Below, one piece after another: positions 30,920 to 39,132 of a DNA stretch of 64,000 nucleotides; the stretch's first letter is position 1; every line of letters begins with the position of its first letter. Made by a program: the position numbers and the translations under genes. The notes beneath the pieces were generated by a model. It was not told the DNA's origin and did not search any database. It saw only the letters and a program-made list of their open reading frames with translations. This stretch comes from Bryobacteraceae bacterium (GTDB lineage Bacteria > Acidobacteriota > Terriglobia > Bryobacterales > Bryobacteraceae). The stretch is from positions 3,309 through 67,308 of the forward strand of contig JBKQIF010000055.1 of assembly GCA_052148435.1 (NCBI GenBank), in the 5' to 3' direction.

Positions 30920-33826
30920 CTAGCGGTAGTTCGGGAGGGCTCTTACGATTCGCAACGTTTCGACGCTGACCCGTATCACCTGCCCGGCCAGTCGCACGAT
31001 GTAGCCGGGATCGTCCTCGCGGTTCGGGTCGGACTCGCCTTTCACCTGGTATTGGTCAACGACCCATTCCAGTGCCGAGCGCGACCCGAGACGGTACTCG
31101 AAGGCTTCCGCCGGAATGCCGGTGAGGGTGATCGACTCGTTCACCTTGAGCGACTGCCGATCCGCGCTCAGCTTCATCTTGGCGACGCGCTCGGAGTACG
31201 GGACGTCTTTGTTCTCGACGAATTCCAGCGGCCAGGGATCGAGCGATTCGTATTCCACATGCAGGTGCGCCAGCTCCTTCCCGGCTTGGGCGAAAGCGGC
31301 GAAATCGGGAGCGAAGGGAATGCGCGGCAGTTCACGCTTGAGATTCGCCGCGTAGCGCTCGCGGTATTCGGGGTGGTGCAGCAGGGCGTAGAGATAATGA
31401 AAGACGTCTTCCTTGGTAATGGAGTCGTCGGAGTAGCGCTGGCGGAGTTGGGCGACGGCGGAGTCCTTGAGGTGGGAGAGAGGGAAGCACTGGCAGCTTG
31501 CTCCCGCGCCGACTACGTGCAGGTCTGGAACCACGTCGGTCATCAGTGTCATGAACGGCTTCTGGGAGGTAGACTCCGATACGGCGATGGCCTTACCGGA
31601 CAGGCCGGGCCACTGAAGCACGCGGTCGATGGCGATTCGATCAAAGAACAGCCACCGCTTCGTGAACGGGCGATACAGCGCAGGGCGGATCTTGGCGTCT
31701 TCAAACGCCGCCAGATTGCCGCGCTTGACGTTCAGCTTAAGGCCCTCGCTCCATTTGAGATGGTTGGGCCAGTCAGCGTCCGGACGGGCCTTATGGCGGT
31801 GGGCCTGTGTGTTGTATTCGTCTGTGAACGACTGCATCCGATTGGAAAGCGCATCGCGGCTCCAATCGTAGACAGCGGCGTCACGATTCGTGCTTACGCC
31901 CAGGGTTTGGAGCTCAAACATGTCAGAGATGGAGGGCCGCGCGGCGAACTCGTCGCCGTGCTTGGTGGAAATCCAGTTATGCTCGTCGTCTGGCTCAAAT
32001 TCCTGCCAAGCGACCTCGCCGACCGAGAGGAACTCAAGCTTCTGGCCTTTGCGCCACGTTTCCGGCACGCGATGGTACCGGAGGCGTTGCTTGGCCCCTT
32101 TCCTTTTGACTGCCAGCGTAATGCCTACGCCCACTTGAATCCCGAACACATTATGCGTTGTCCCGCTGAGCTTCGGATTTTCCCGCACGTCGCCGTGAAG
32201 GTCGATGTGGTCGATCCGTTGGAAGTCGCGCAGTAGGTGATCGCGCATTCCGTCGAAAGAGGACCTGAAGGTGAAGCTGTTGTTCGAGATGAAACAGACC
32301 AATCCATCCCTGTCCCCGAGGCGGTCGGAGGCCCAGCGAAAAAATCTGACGTACATGTCCGAGAGCTTGTTCTTCAGCGTGGCGCTTGAGTCGGCGGCGT
32401 ACGTGCGCTCGACGCGACGGTCGACCTCGTCATGTTTCCGGTTCTTGTTATTGTCGTTCTCGCTTTTTTGCCCCACGTTGTAGGGCGGGTTGCCGATAAT
32501 CACGGTGATGGCCGCTTCCTTTTCCCGCTCCACGCGTTCGGTGTTGGCGGCGGTGAAGAGCCCGATCTGTTGCGACTCCGCCATGTCCAGCGTGTCGACG
32601 AAGCACAGGCCGGGAAAGGGCTCATATTCGTTCATCCGCTCGTAGTAGGCGTGCTCGATGTTCAGGCTGGCTACGTAGTAGGGCAGCAGCATCACCTCAT
32701 TCGCAAACAGCCGCTTCTGGTACGCTTCCGCCAGCGCCCGCCCAGGCATGCGCTCGATCAGGTTCACCAGAAAATTTCCGGTCCCCGTGCACGGGTCGAG
32801 AATCATGACTTCCGGCGAGGCCAGCGTGTACCCGAATTCCTCCTTTAGCGCCTGCTCCACGGAGCTGCACATGTAGTCGACGATCTCGCGCGGCGTGTAC
32901 ACAATGCCGTGCGTGTCCGCGACACTCGGCGAGAAACGCTGGAAGAATTGCTCGTAGACGGAGTTGAGAAAATCCTGCTTCTCGGTGAAGTGGCTAAGAT
33001 TTGCGCCCTGCCGCTCGATGGCGTTGTAGTAGGGGTCGAGCTTCTTCAGGAATTCCGCCGACGAAAAGCTGCCGGAGGCGAGCGCATCGATCACGTTCTC
33101 GACCTGGGCGGCGATTACGTTGCGCTTGGTGAACTCGGGGTTCTGGAACAGGTTCCGCATCAGCCGCTCGGTCAAAAGATGCTGGATCAGCATCTCATCC
33201 ACGTTTCCGTCCGAAAGGTCGGGATTGAGGGAGGCGCGGCAAAGCGTGACGAAAGTTGCAAAGGCCTCGCGGAATTTGCGGTTCTTCTTGTGCGCCTCGG
33301 CGATGTGTTCGCTCAGCGACTGGGCCAGGTCCGGGATGCGGCTCTTGAACTCGTTCATGGCGCGCTCGAACTCGCGCTCGTGCGACTCGTCGTGCGACAG
33401 GAAGCGGTTCAGAAGGTCCGCGACTTTGACCGCCTCCGCGAGGGCGAATTCGCCCGCCTCGCCGCGGTCCTGGTAGAGGACCGCTACGCGCGTGTCCTCA
33501 AAGATGGTGTTGCGCGCGGGGTACCCGGCCTTGAGCTTCTTCTGGATCTCGGCGGCGAGGTGGTCCGAGGTGTCCTTGGCTTCCCACCACCCACGCGCCA
33601 ACCGGAACTCGTCGCGCACGGTGCCGTCGGGCACCACCCGTTTTCCACCGGAGTAGGTGGAGAGTTCGGGCACCAGGGTCCAGCCGCGCCGCTTCGCAGC
33701 TTTGTCGAGGAGGTTCTGGAACGGCCCCTTCAGGCCCAGTTCGTGGACTACGAGCTGGTCTTTCAGGTGTTGGAGATCCTTCTGGTATGCCTTGATGATC
33801 GGATCGCTGGGGGCCAGTTCCAACAT
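30920..33826 (-). CDS. Single-chain N6-adenine DNA methyltransferase with a Type ISP/IIG-like C-terminal domain and a candidate N-terminal PD-(D/E)xK nuclease motif
   Basis: SAM motif I ILDPCTGTGNFLV and motif IV VIIGNPPYNVGQ (gamma-class). The C-terminus HHPEYRERYAANLKRELPRIPF...GIPAEAFEYRLGSRSALEWVVDQY...DPN matches Type ISP/YeeA-like C-terminal domains. N-terminal VVPDGTVRDEFRLARGWWEAKDTSD has PD...EAK spacing compatible with a PD-ExK nuclease. Confidence 0.75.
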   Translation of the reverse strand: MLELAPSDPIIKAYQKDLQHLKDQLVVHELGLKGPFQNLLDKAAKRRGWTLVPELSTYSGGKRVVPDGTVRDEFRLARGWWEAKDTSDHLAAEIQKKLKAGYPARNTIFEDTRVAVLYQDRGEAGEFALAEAVKVADLLNRFLSHDESHEREFERAMNEFKSRIPDLAQSLSEHIAEAHKKNRKFREAFATFVTLCRASLNPDLSDGNVDEMLIQHLLTERLMRNLFQNPEFTKRNVIAAQVENVIDALASGSFSSAEFLKKLDPYYNAIERQGANLSHFTEKQDFLNSVYEQFFQRFSPSVADTHGIVYTPREIVDYMCSSVEQALKEEFGYTLASPEVMILDPCTGTGNFLVNLIERMPGRALAEAYQKRLFANEVMLLPYYVASLNIEHAYYERMNEYEPFPGLCFVDTLDMAESQQIGLFTAANTERVEREKEAAITVIIGNPPYNVGQKSENDNNKNRKHDEVDRRVERTYAADSSATLKNKLSDMYVRFFRWASDRLGDRDGLVCFISNNSFTFRSSFDGMRDHLLRDFQRIDHIDLHGDVRENPKLSGTTHNVFGIQVGVGITLAVKRKGAKQRLRYHRVPETWRKGQKLEFLSVGEVAWQEFEPDDEHNWISTKHGDEFAARPSISDMFELQTLGVSTNRDAAVYDWSRDALSNRMQSFTDEYNTQAHRHKARPDADWPNHLKWSEGLKLNVKRGNLAAFEDAKIRPALYRPFTKRWLFFDRIAIDRVLQWPGLSGKAIAVSESTSQKPFMTLMTDVVPDLHVVGAGASCQCFPLSHLKDSAVAQLRQRYSDDSITKEDVFHYLYALLHHPEYRERYAANLKRELPRIPFAPDFAAFAQAGKELAHLHVEYESLDPWPLEFVENKDVPYSERVAKMKLSADRQSLKVNESITLTGIPAEAFEYRLGSRSALEWVVDQYQVKGESDPNREDDPGYIVRLAGQVIRVSVETLRIVRALPNYR

Positions 33827-33927
33827 CGGATCACTATGGTATCAGCCATCAACGGGACGTATTAAGGCGTAAGGGCAAGCTAAAGCATGCCCCACCTCGA
33901 ACAGCGTGCTAAGCTGATATCTGACTG

Positions 33928-33943
33928 GTCTGACTGGTCAGAC
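33928..33943. promoter_or_regulatory. Candidate operator of the Phd/VapC module
   Basis: Palindrome GTCTGAC-TG-GTCAGAC overlaps a direct repeat TCTGACTGG x2 (33920-33937), 12 nt upstream of the antitoxin ATG. Confidence 0.5.
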
Positions 33944-33954
33944 AGGGGAAGATC

Positions 33955-34281
33955 ATGCCGAAGGCGCTCCGAAAATCGAAACGGGGGACGGCTCGCGCGG
34001 GCGCCCGCAGCCCAAAGGCGGACGAACATTCGTGGCAGGTTCAAACCGCCAAGGCCCGGTTCAGCGAAGTCTTCCGCCTGGCTCGAACCCAGGGACCGCA
34101 GCGCATTACCCGGCAAGGCAAAGAGGGCGTGGTGATGATCTCGAACGAGCAGTACGACCGGTTAACGGCGAGGCCGCGCCGGCCGAAGAGCATCGTGCAG
34201 TTCTTCCGGGAATCGCCGCTGGTTGGCGTGGATCTCGATTGGGAGCGCGACAAAGACACGGGTCGCGACATCGATCTGTGA
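33955..34281 (+). CDS. Phd/YefM-type antitoxin
   Basis: WQVQTAKARFSEVFRLARTQGPQRITRQGKEGVVMISNEQYDRL is the typical Phd/YefM N-domain. The stop overlaps the VapC start (GTGA). A basic 25-aa N-terminal extension is unusual. Confidence 0.75.
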   Translation: MPKALRKSKRGTARAGARSPKADEHSWQVQTAKARFSEVFRLARTQGPQRITRQGKEGVVMISNEQYDRLTARPRRPKSIVQFFRESPLVGVDLDWERDKDTGRDIDL

Positions 34282-34703
34282 GCGGTTACCTGCTCGACAC
34301 GAACTGCATCTCCGAGCTGGTCCGCCCTAAACCCGAGCCGCGCGTAATGGAATGGATGGAGGCGACGGACGAGGCCCTTTTTCATTTGAGCGTTCTGACG
34401 CTGGGCGAGATCCGGAAAGGTGTGGCGGGGTTGGCTCAAGGCAGACCGAGGACACGCCTGGAAGCGTGGATTGACGTGGAACTGCGGGCGCGCTTCTCGG
34501 GCCGAATCTTGCCGGTTGACTCCGCCATCGCCGACCGCTGGGGATTTCTCGCGGCCGAAGCGAAACGCAAAGGGATCGTTTTGCCTATCATCGACGGCTT
34601 GCTGGCAGCGACCGCGATTCACCACAATCTTACGATCGTTTCACGCAATTCCAGGGACTTTACCGGCGCGCAGGTTGCGGTACTGAATCCCTGGGAATTG
34701 TAA
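34278..34703 (+). CDS. vapC: VapC PIN-domain toxin
   Basis: GTG start. YLLDTNCISEL (first acidic residue) ...LSVLTLGEIRKG...IIDGLLAATAIHHNLTIVSRNSRDF (PIN acidic residues). The upstream part of the 223-aa track ORF overlaps the antitoxin gene in another frame and was trimmed. Confidence 0.85.
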   Translation: MSGYLLDTNCISELVRPKPEPRVMEWMEATDEALFHLSVLTLGEIRKGVAGLAQGRPRTRLEAWIDVELRARFSGRILPVDSAIADRWGFLAAEAKRKGIVLPIIDGLLAATAIHHNLTIVSRNSRDFTGAQVAVLNPWEL

Positions 34704-34760
34704 GATGCAGGCCAAAGGCCTACTCCACGAGCGTCAAAGAAATTGACTGGTAGTAGTAGA

Positions 34761-35999
34761 TCAGCGTCCAAACGCCATGCCGGCGAAACTCACCACGCTT
34801 TGTTCGTCGATGTTCCACTGTTCGTAGTGGAGCAGCTCGCCGCGCAGGCCGGGGACGGATTTCAGGAACGCGTAGAAGGGAGACGAGCCGCACCACTTCA
34901 GGTCGTCGCGGTTCTGCTGCACCAGGTCCCAGAATCCGGCCGCGTCGGCGGCGTTGATTCTGGCGATGCGTTCGGCATCGCGCTGGCGGACTTCCTGCAT
35001 TTTGCCTTCGCCGGCGCGCGCCCGAAACCGGTCGGCATAACGCGCGCCCATGTGCGCCATGTCGACTCCCAGCACCCACAAGAGACGATCGCCTTCGCGA
35101 TCCTGCAATTCGCCCAAGGCATCGCAAAAGGCCTTCACCTTGTCGTCATCTTCCGGTTTCCCGCCTCCCAGAATGCTGTGCGCGAACGGGCCGCACAGCA
35201 CGGGCACGATGCGGACGTTCGCCCCCAGCGCGTGCTGAAGGAACACAAGCTGCAATTCGATGGTGTGTTCGAACGAATGGCAGAAGTCTTCCATCTCGAC
35301 AGAGTTTGCGGCGCGCTTCGCCAGCCAGTCGACTGAAGCGGTGTCGGTGACCGCTTCGCCCAACGGGGTGTGAAAGTTCTTACGGGTGAGACCGAAGCTT
35401 TGGGGCGCGCCGTAGTGAGAGGTGGCCAGGATTACGAAAGTGCGATCGCGATGTTCCGGCCGCAGCAAACCATAGGCGGCGCGGTAGCTCTGCCAACCGC
35501 CCGCCGGACTGACGTGGGGCGCGGCAATCGCAGCCAGATGGCCATCCCGGGACGAGCCGCCGGCGGCAAGACCGCCGGCGCTACCGGCTTCGGTCCAACC
35601 GGCCAGGGTTTGGCGCAGCGCCGCCGGATCGGCGGGGTAAGCGGTACCGGCATGGGCCGGCTTGCGCACCGCCCGCGCGGCGAACGCCTGGCGCTTCTCG
35701 CCGCGCATTTTCGCAAAAGTCTCATCTTCCAGAAAGCCAGCCTGGCTGAGGCTCTGGCGGAAGTAATCCGCCACCTGGCCGGTATCCAGATCGCCGGTGA
35801 GCCGCACCAGAGCGGAGCGCAAGTCCAAGTCCGTCTGGCGTCCATCGAAGCAGCGCAAACACTCGACCAGCAGCGGCGGCACTACCAGCATGGCATCGGA
35901 ATAACGAAACGGGTCGCGCAGGAACAGACCCGGGTGTTCGGGCGAGGGCGAAGGAAAAAAATCGAGATCGTGCCGAAGGCGGGGCAATAACTGAGCCAA
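34761..35999 (-). CDS. Memo-like protein (AmmeMemoRadiSam system protein B family) with a ~130-aa N-terminal extension
   Basis: AGTAYPADPAALRQTL...LAAIAAPHVSPAGGWQSYRAAY...FVILATSHYG...VLGVDMAHMG are Memo1-family metal-site motifs. Confidence 0.7.
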   Translation of the reverse strand: MAQLLPRLRHDLDFFPSPSPEHPGLFLRDPFRYSDAMLVVPPLLVECLRCFDGRQTDLDLRSALVRLTGDLDTGQVADYFRQSLSQAGFLEDETFAKMRGEKRQAFAARAVRKPAHAGTAYPADPAALRQTLAGWTEAGSAGGLAAGGSSRDGHLAAIAAPHVSPAGGWQSYRAAYGLLRPEHRDRTFVILATSHYGAPQSFGLTRKNFHTPLGEAVTDTASVDWLAKRAANSVEMEDFCHSFEHTIELQLVFLQHALGANVRIVPVLCGPFAHSILGGGKPEDDDKVKAFCDALGELQDREGDRLLWVLGVDMAHMGARYADRFRARAGEGKMQEVRQRDAERIARINAADAAGFWDLVQQNRDDLKWCGSSPFYAFLKSVPGLRGELLHYEQWNIDEQSVVSFAGMAFGR

Positions 36000-36083
36000 A
36001 TGCTATGTTAGCGCAGGCTTGCGCGCCAGAATGGCGTCCAGCGAAACCCCGGTCCGGCGCGCCTCGGGGGTTGGGCAGATCGC

Positions 36084-37469
36084 TCACAACTGCTCCTCGA
36101 TCAGGAACTGCTCGTATTTGCCATCGGCCAGCAGGTAGAGATTCAGGATCAGCGCCTGGCGCGCGAATTGGGCGCGATAGGAACGATGCGTCATGCCTCC
36201 GCGCAGGTTTTCGGAGATCGCCGTCACCGATTTCAGCTTGCCCAGCGGACTCAAGGATGCCTTGCAGTCGCGCAAGGCTACCTGGCTGAAATAGGTGTTG
36301 GCGTTGGCGCTGAACAAGGCGCGGTCGATGCGGCCTTTCCGCAAGCCCTCCAGAATGGCCTGAACCCGGCGCGTGTCGGTAGCGGACGGGGCCTTTTCGC
36401 CGGGCACGAAAACCAGCGTCGCAATCTGCCGCGCGAGCGGAGCCACCATGTTGACCACGTCCTGGTTGGACAGCACGACGACCGCGCCCGCGCGCGTCGG
36501 CAACACGGTATTGGAGGAAATGAAGCCGGATACTTCGCCGCCATGCTGCAGCACCGGAATGCCGGCGATTTCGCCCAGGCTCAAGCCCAGGGCGTAGTGG
36601 GTGGAGTCGCCGTTGGCAAGCTTCACTTCGCTGGTGAATTCCCGGTAGGAGCGATCCGACAGGATTTTCTTTTCCAGGAAGGCGATATCCCACTTGGCCA
36701 GGTCCGAAGGTGTCATGGCCAGTTCGCCGGCTGCAAAATACCAGCCCTCGGCCTCGCGCTTGACGGGCCGCGGCGGACCCACCGCGTAGCGCGTATAGGC
36801 CTGCGCATCGGCGGTTTGCTCCGGTGGCCAATCGGACGCCGATTGCATCCCCAGCGGCTGAAAGATCTTCTCGCGCAGGAAGGTCACCAGCGGCTGGCCG
36901 GACACTTTCTCGCAGATCTTGCCGGCCAGCACGTAGTTGGTATTGCTGTACTGCCACTGGGTGCCGGGGTCGAAGTCGAGCGGCTTCCTGGCCCAACGGT
37001 CGAGCACCGCCTGGGGGGTGGTGGGCCGCGTCCAATCGGGAATGATGTAGTCCTGCGGGGCGTAATCTTCATAGCCCGAAGTATGCGAGAGGAGTTGGCG
37101 GATGGTGATTTCTCCGGCGCGCGTCAGATCGGGAAAATACTTGGCCACGCGGTCGTCGAGCGACAACTTGCCCTGCTCTTGAAGCAGCAGCAGCGCCGCC
37201 GCGGTGAATTGTTTCGAGATCGAACCCACGGCATAGCGGGTGTTGACATCGGCGGGCCTTTTGGCGGACAGATCGGCGGTGCCGAAGGCTTTGGCGTAGA
37301 AGAGTTTTCCGTCTTTCACGACGGCCACGGAGACGCTCGGCGCGCCGGCTTTGGCGAGCGCCGAGGAAATTTTCTCGTCGAGCTTCTTATCGAGATCGAC
37401 GGGCGCCTGGGGCCACAGCGGGGGCGAGGCTAGGGCGAGAACCAATGGGAGGAACAGGCCGTGGCGCAC
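36084..37469 (-). CDS. Class C beta-lactamase-fold serine hydrolase (secreted)
   Basis: SxxK motif YAVGSISKQFTAAALLLL and a YSNTNY (YxN) motif. With the GTG at 37469 the N-terminus is MRHGLFLPLVLALASPPLWPQAP, a signal peptide. The remaining 413 codons of the 874-aa track ORF run through a REP element and antisense to thiL and were discarded. Confidence 0.8.
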   Translation of the reverse strand: MRHGLFLPLVLALASPPLWPQAPVDLDKKLDEKISSALAKAGAPSVSVAVVKDGKLFYAKAFGTADLSAKRPADVNTRYAVGSISKQFTAAALLLLQEQGKLSLDDRVAKYFPDLTRAGEITIRQLLSHTSGYEDYAPQDYIIPDWTRPTTPQAVLDRWARKPLDFDPGTQWQYSNTNYVLAGKICEKVSGQPLVTFLREKIFQPLGMQSASDWPPEQTADAQAYTRYAVGPPRPVKREAEGWYFAAGELAMTPSDLAKWDIAFLEKKILSDRSYREFTSEVKLANGDSTHYALGLSLGEIAGIPVLQHGGEVSGFISSNTVLPTRAGAVVVLSNQDVVNMVAPLARQIATLVFVPGEKAPSATDTRRVQAILEGLRKGRIDRALFSANANTYFSQVALRDCKASLSPLGKLKSVTAISENLRGGMTHRSYRAQFARQALILNLYLLADGKYEQFLIEEQL

Positions 37470-37601
37470 GCACTTTTGCGTGCCGCGTCGAGTCTCTACT
37501 CGACGCCTCTCGGGGGCGGGACTCCGCTTCGACGCAGTGTCGCGACTGCAAAAACGTGTCGAGACGAGTCTCGACACGGCACGCAGGAGTGCGTGCGCCA
37601 C
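37461..37601. repeat. Second MITE/BIME-like family B element
   Basis: GTGGCGCACGCACTTTTGCGTGCCGCGTCGAGTCTCTACTCGAC (37461-37504) pairs with the inverted GTCGAGACGAGTCTCGACACGGCACGCAGGAGTGCGTGCGCCAC (37558-37601). It lies between thiL and the serine hydrolase gene. Confidence 0.8.
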
Positions 37602-37657
37602 GGGGGGCTTCCACTGAGAAATGCTCGGTAGATCGCGGCTCATCGAAGTTCTCCTTT

Positions 37658-38587
37658 TCATCGGGCGCGGAAATGGTCGTAACCCAGCGGCTCGAGGGGC
37701 GCACCGTCGAGCAGCACCGTGCCCGCGCGTCCTTTGCGCAGGATACCAATTTGGGTCAGCGGCACGCCCTGGCAGGCGCGCGGCACTTCGGTCGCGGGCG
37801 GCACGGCGAACAGCAGTTCGTAATCCTCGCCGCCGTGGAGGGCCTGTGCCGGAGTGGCTCCCGGGAACGAGGGTGGAGCGGCGATTTCGGCGGCCAGCTT
37901 CGATTCCAAACACAAACGGCGCAGGTCGAGCGAGAGGCCGTCGCTCAGATCCATGGCCGCGGTCGCACCCAGGCGGAGCAGGAACTGGCCGAGCGCGATT
38001 CTGGGCTCGGGCCGCAGATGCCGCATCCGGGCAGCGCCGCCATGCCCGGCCAGGCCCAGCGCCGAACCCCCCAGGCGGCCCGAAACGTAGAGCCGGTCGC
38101 CGGCCCGCGCGCCGGAACGGAGCAGCGCTTTGCCGCGCTCGACCGCGCCGCAGACTACGACATCGACAGCCAATCTGGCGGCATGCCCCAGGTCGCCGCC
38201 GGCCAGAACCGCGCCCTCGGTTCGAGCCAGCGCCAGCAAGCCGCCGTAGAAGCCGCGCAACCAGCGCGCGTCGCACCAGGGCGCCACCGCCAGGGACAGC
38301 AGGACAAAGCGCGGTGTGCCGCCCATGGCGGCGATGTCGCTCAAGCCCCGGGCCAGAGCCTTCCAGCCCACCTCGCGGGCCGTGTGGGTAGAGCGGCGAA
38401 AGTGTACGTTCTCGATCAGCAGATCGGTGGTGAACAGCAGGTCTTCGGCGGCGCCGCGCGGACGGAAGACGGCGCAGTCGTCGCCGATGCCCACGATCGT
38501 TTCGCTTCCGCGCGGCAGCTTCACCCGCCGCCGGACCGCATCCAGCCAATCCGATTCGCTCCGCGCCGCCGACCGATGCTTGACCAT
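37658..38587 (-). CDS. thiL: Thiamine-monophosphate kinase
   Basis: IGDDCAVF...LLFTTDLLIENVHF...WKALARGLSDIAAMGG...LAGGDL...GDRLYVSGRLGGSALGL are canonical ThiL/AIR-synthase-related motifs. Confidence 0.9.
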   Translation of the reverse strand: MVKHRSAARSESDWLDAVRRRVKLPRGSETIVGIGDDCAVFRPRGAAEDLLFTTDLLIENVHFRRSTHTAREVGWKALARGLSDIAAMGGTPRFVLLSLAVAPWCDARWLRGFYGGLLALARTEGAVLAGGDLGHAARLAVDVVVCGAVERGKALLRSGARAGDRLYVSGRLGGSALGLAGHGGAARMRHLRPEPRIALGQFLLRLGATAAMDLSDGLSLDLRRLCLESKLAAEIAAPPSFPGATPAQALHGGEDYELLFAVPPATEVPRACQGVPLTQIGILRKGRAGTVLLDGAPLEPLGYDHFRAR

Positions 38588-38734
38588 AGGTTTGCCTTCT
38601 GAGAGAATACCCTACGCAGTTGCAATTAGGATGTTTTGCCGCGCTTCGAAAGGTCTTGGCAAGCCCGAGAAAGTCGGCTTTCCTGGTCTGAAGAATTCCC
38701 CAGAGCACGACAAACAGGATTGAGGAGAGTTGTA

Positions 38735-38938
38735 GTGAGGGAAAAAGGTACCGTGAAGTGGTTCAACGCCGCCAAAGGCTACGGTTTCATTCAGCGAGCC
38801 GGCGGCGACGACGTCTTTGTCCACTTTTCCGCGATTCAATCGTCGGGCTACCGCAGCCTGGATGAGGGTTCGGAAGTGGAGTTCGAAGTAAAGCAGGGGC
38901 CCAAGGGCCTGCAGGCCGAAAACGTATCGAGGGTCTGA
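38735..38938 (+). CDS. Cold-shock domain protein (CspA family)
   Basis: GTG start 6 nt after the [40 protein letters not shown] (RNP1/RNP2). 67 aa. Confidence 0.92.
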   Translation: MREKGTVKWFNAAKGYGFIQRAGGDDVFVHFSAIQSSGYRSLDEGSEVEFEVKQGPKGLQAENVSRV

Positions 38939-39079
38939 CGGAGCGTTCAGAACCGCCTTTAGGAGGGCTCCGCGGCGGGCCCTCTGCAAACCACCGCTCG
39001 ACTTCAAACTATAAGCAACGGGACTAAAAGGCGAAGCTCGATTTGCGACTTGCCGCGCCTCGCCAGCGCGCGCCCGCCC

Positions 39080-39112
39080 GACAGACGACAAAATGCGATC
39101 GTCCGTCCCACC
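39080..39112. repeat. REP family C copy
   Basis: GACAGACGACAAAATGCGATCGTCCGTCCCACC, 21 nt upstream of the hydrolase ATG. Confidence 0.6.
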
Positions 39113-39132
39113 TTCGGCGTTATCATCGGCTC

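Noticed and set aside
30722-33865. 504-aa and 318-aa plus-strand ORFs (30722-32236, 32909-33865)
   Set aside because: Antisense to the methyltransferase gene, which has clear SAM/NPPY motifs. These are shadow ORFs.
35722-38708. Long ORFs 35722-37035(-), 36168-37433(+), 37445-38602(+) and the 874-aa version of 36084-38708(-)
   Set aside because: These are alternative frames or strands of the Memo-like, serine hydrolase and thiL genes. The 874-aa ORF only stays open because it reads through a REP element and the antisense of thiL. It was trimmed to 36084-37469.
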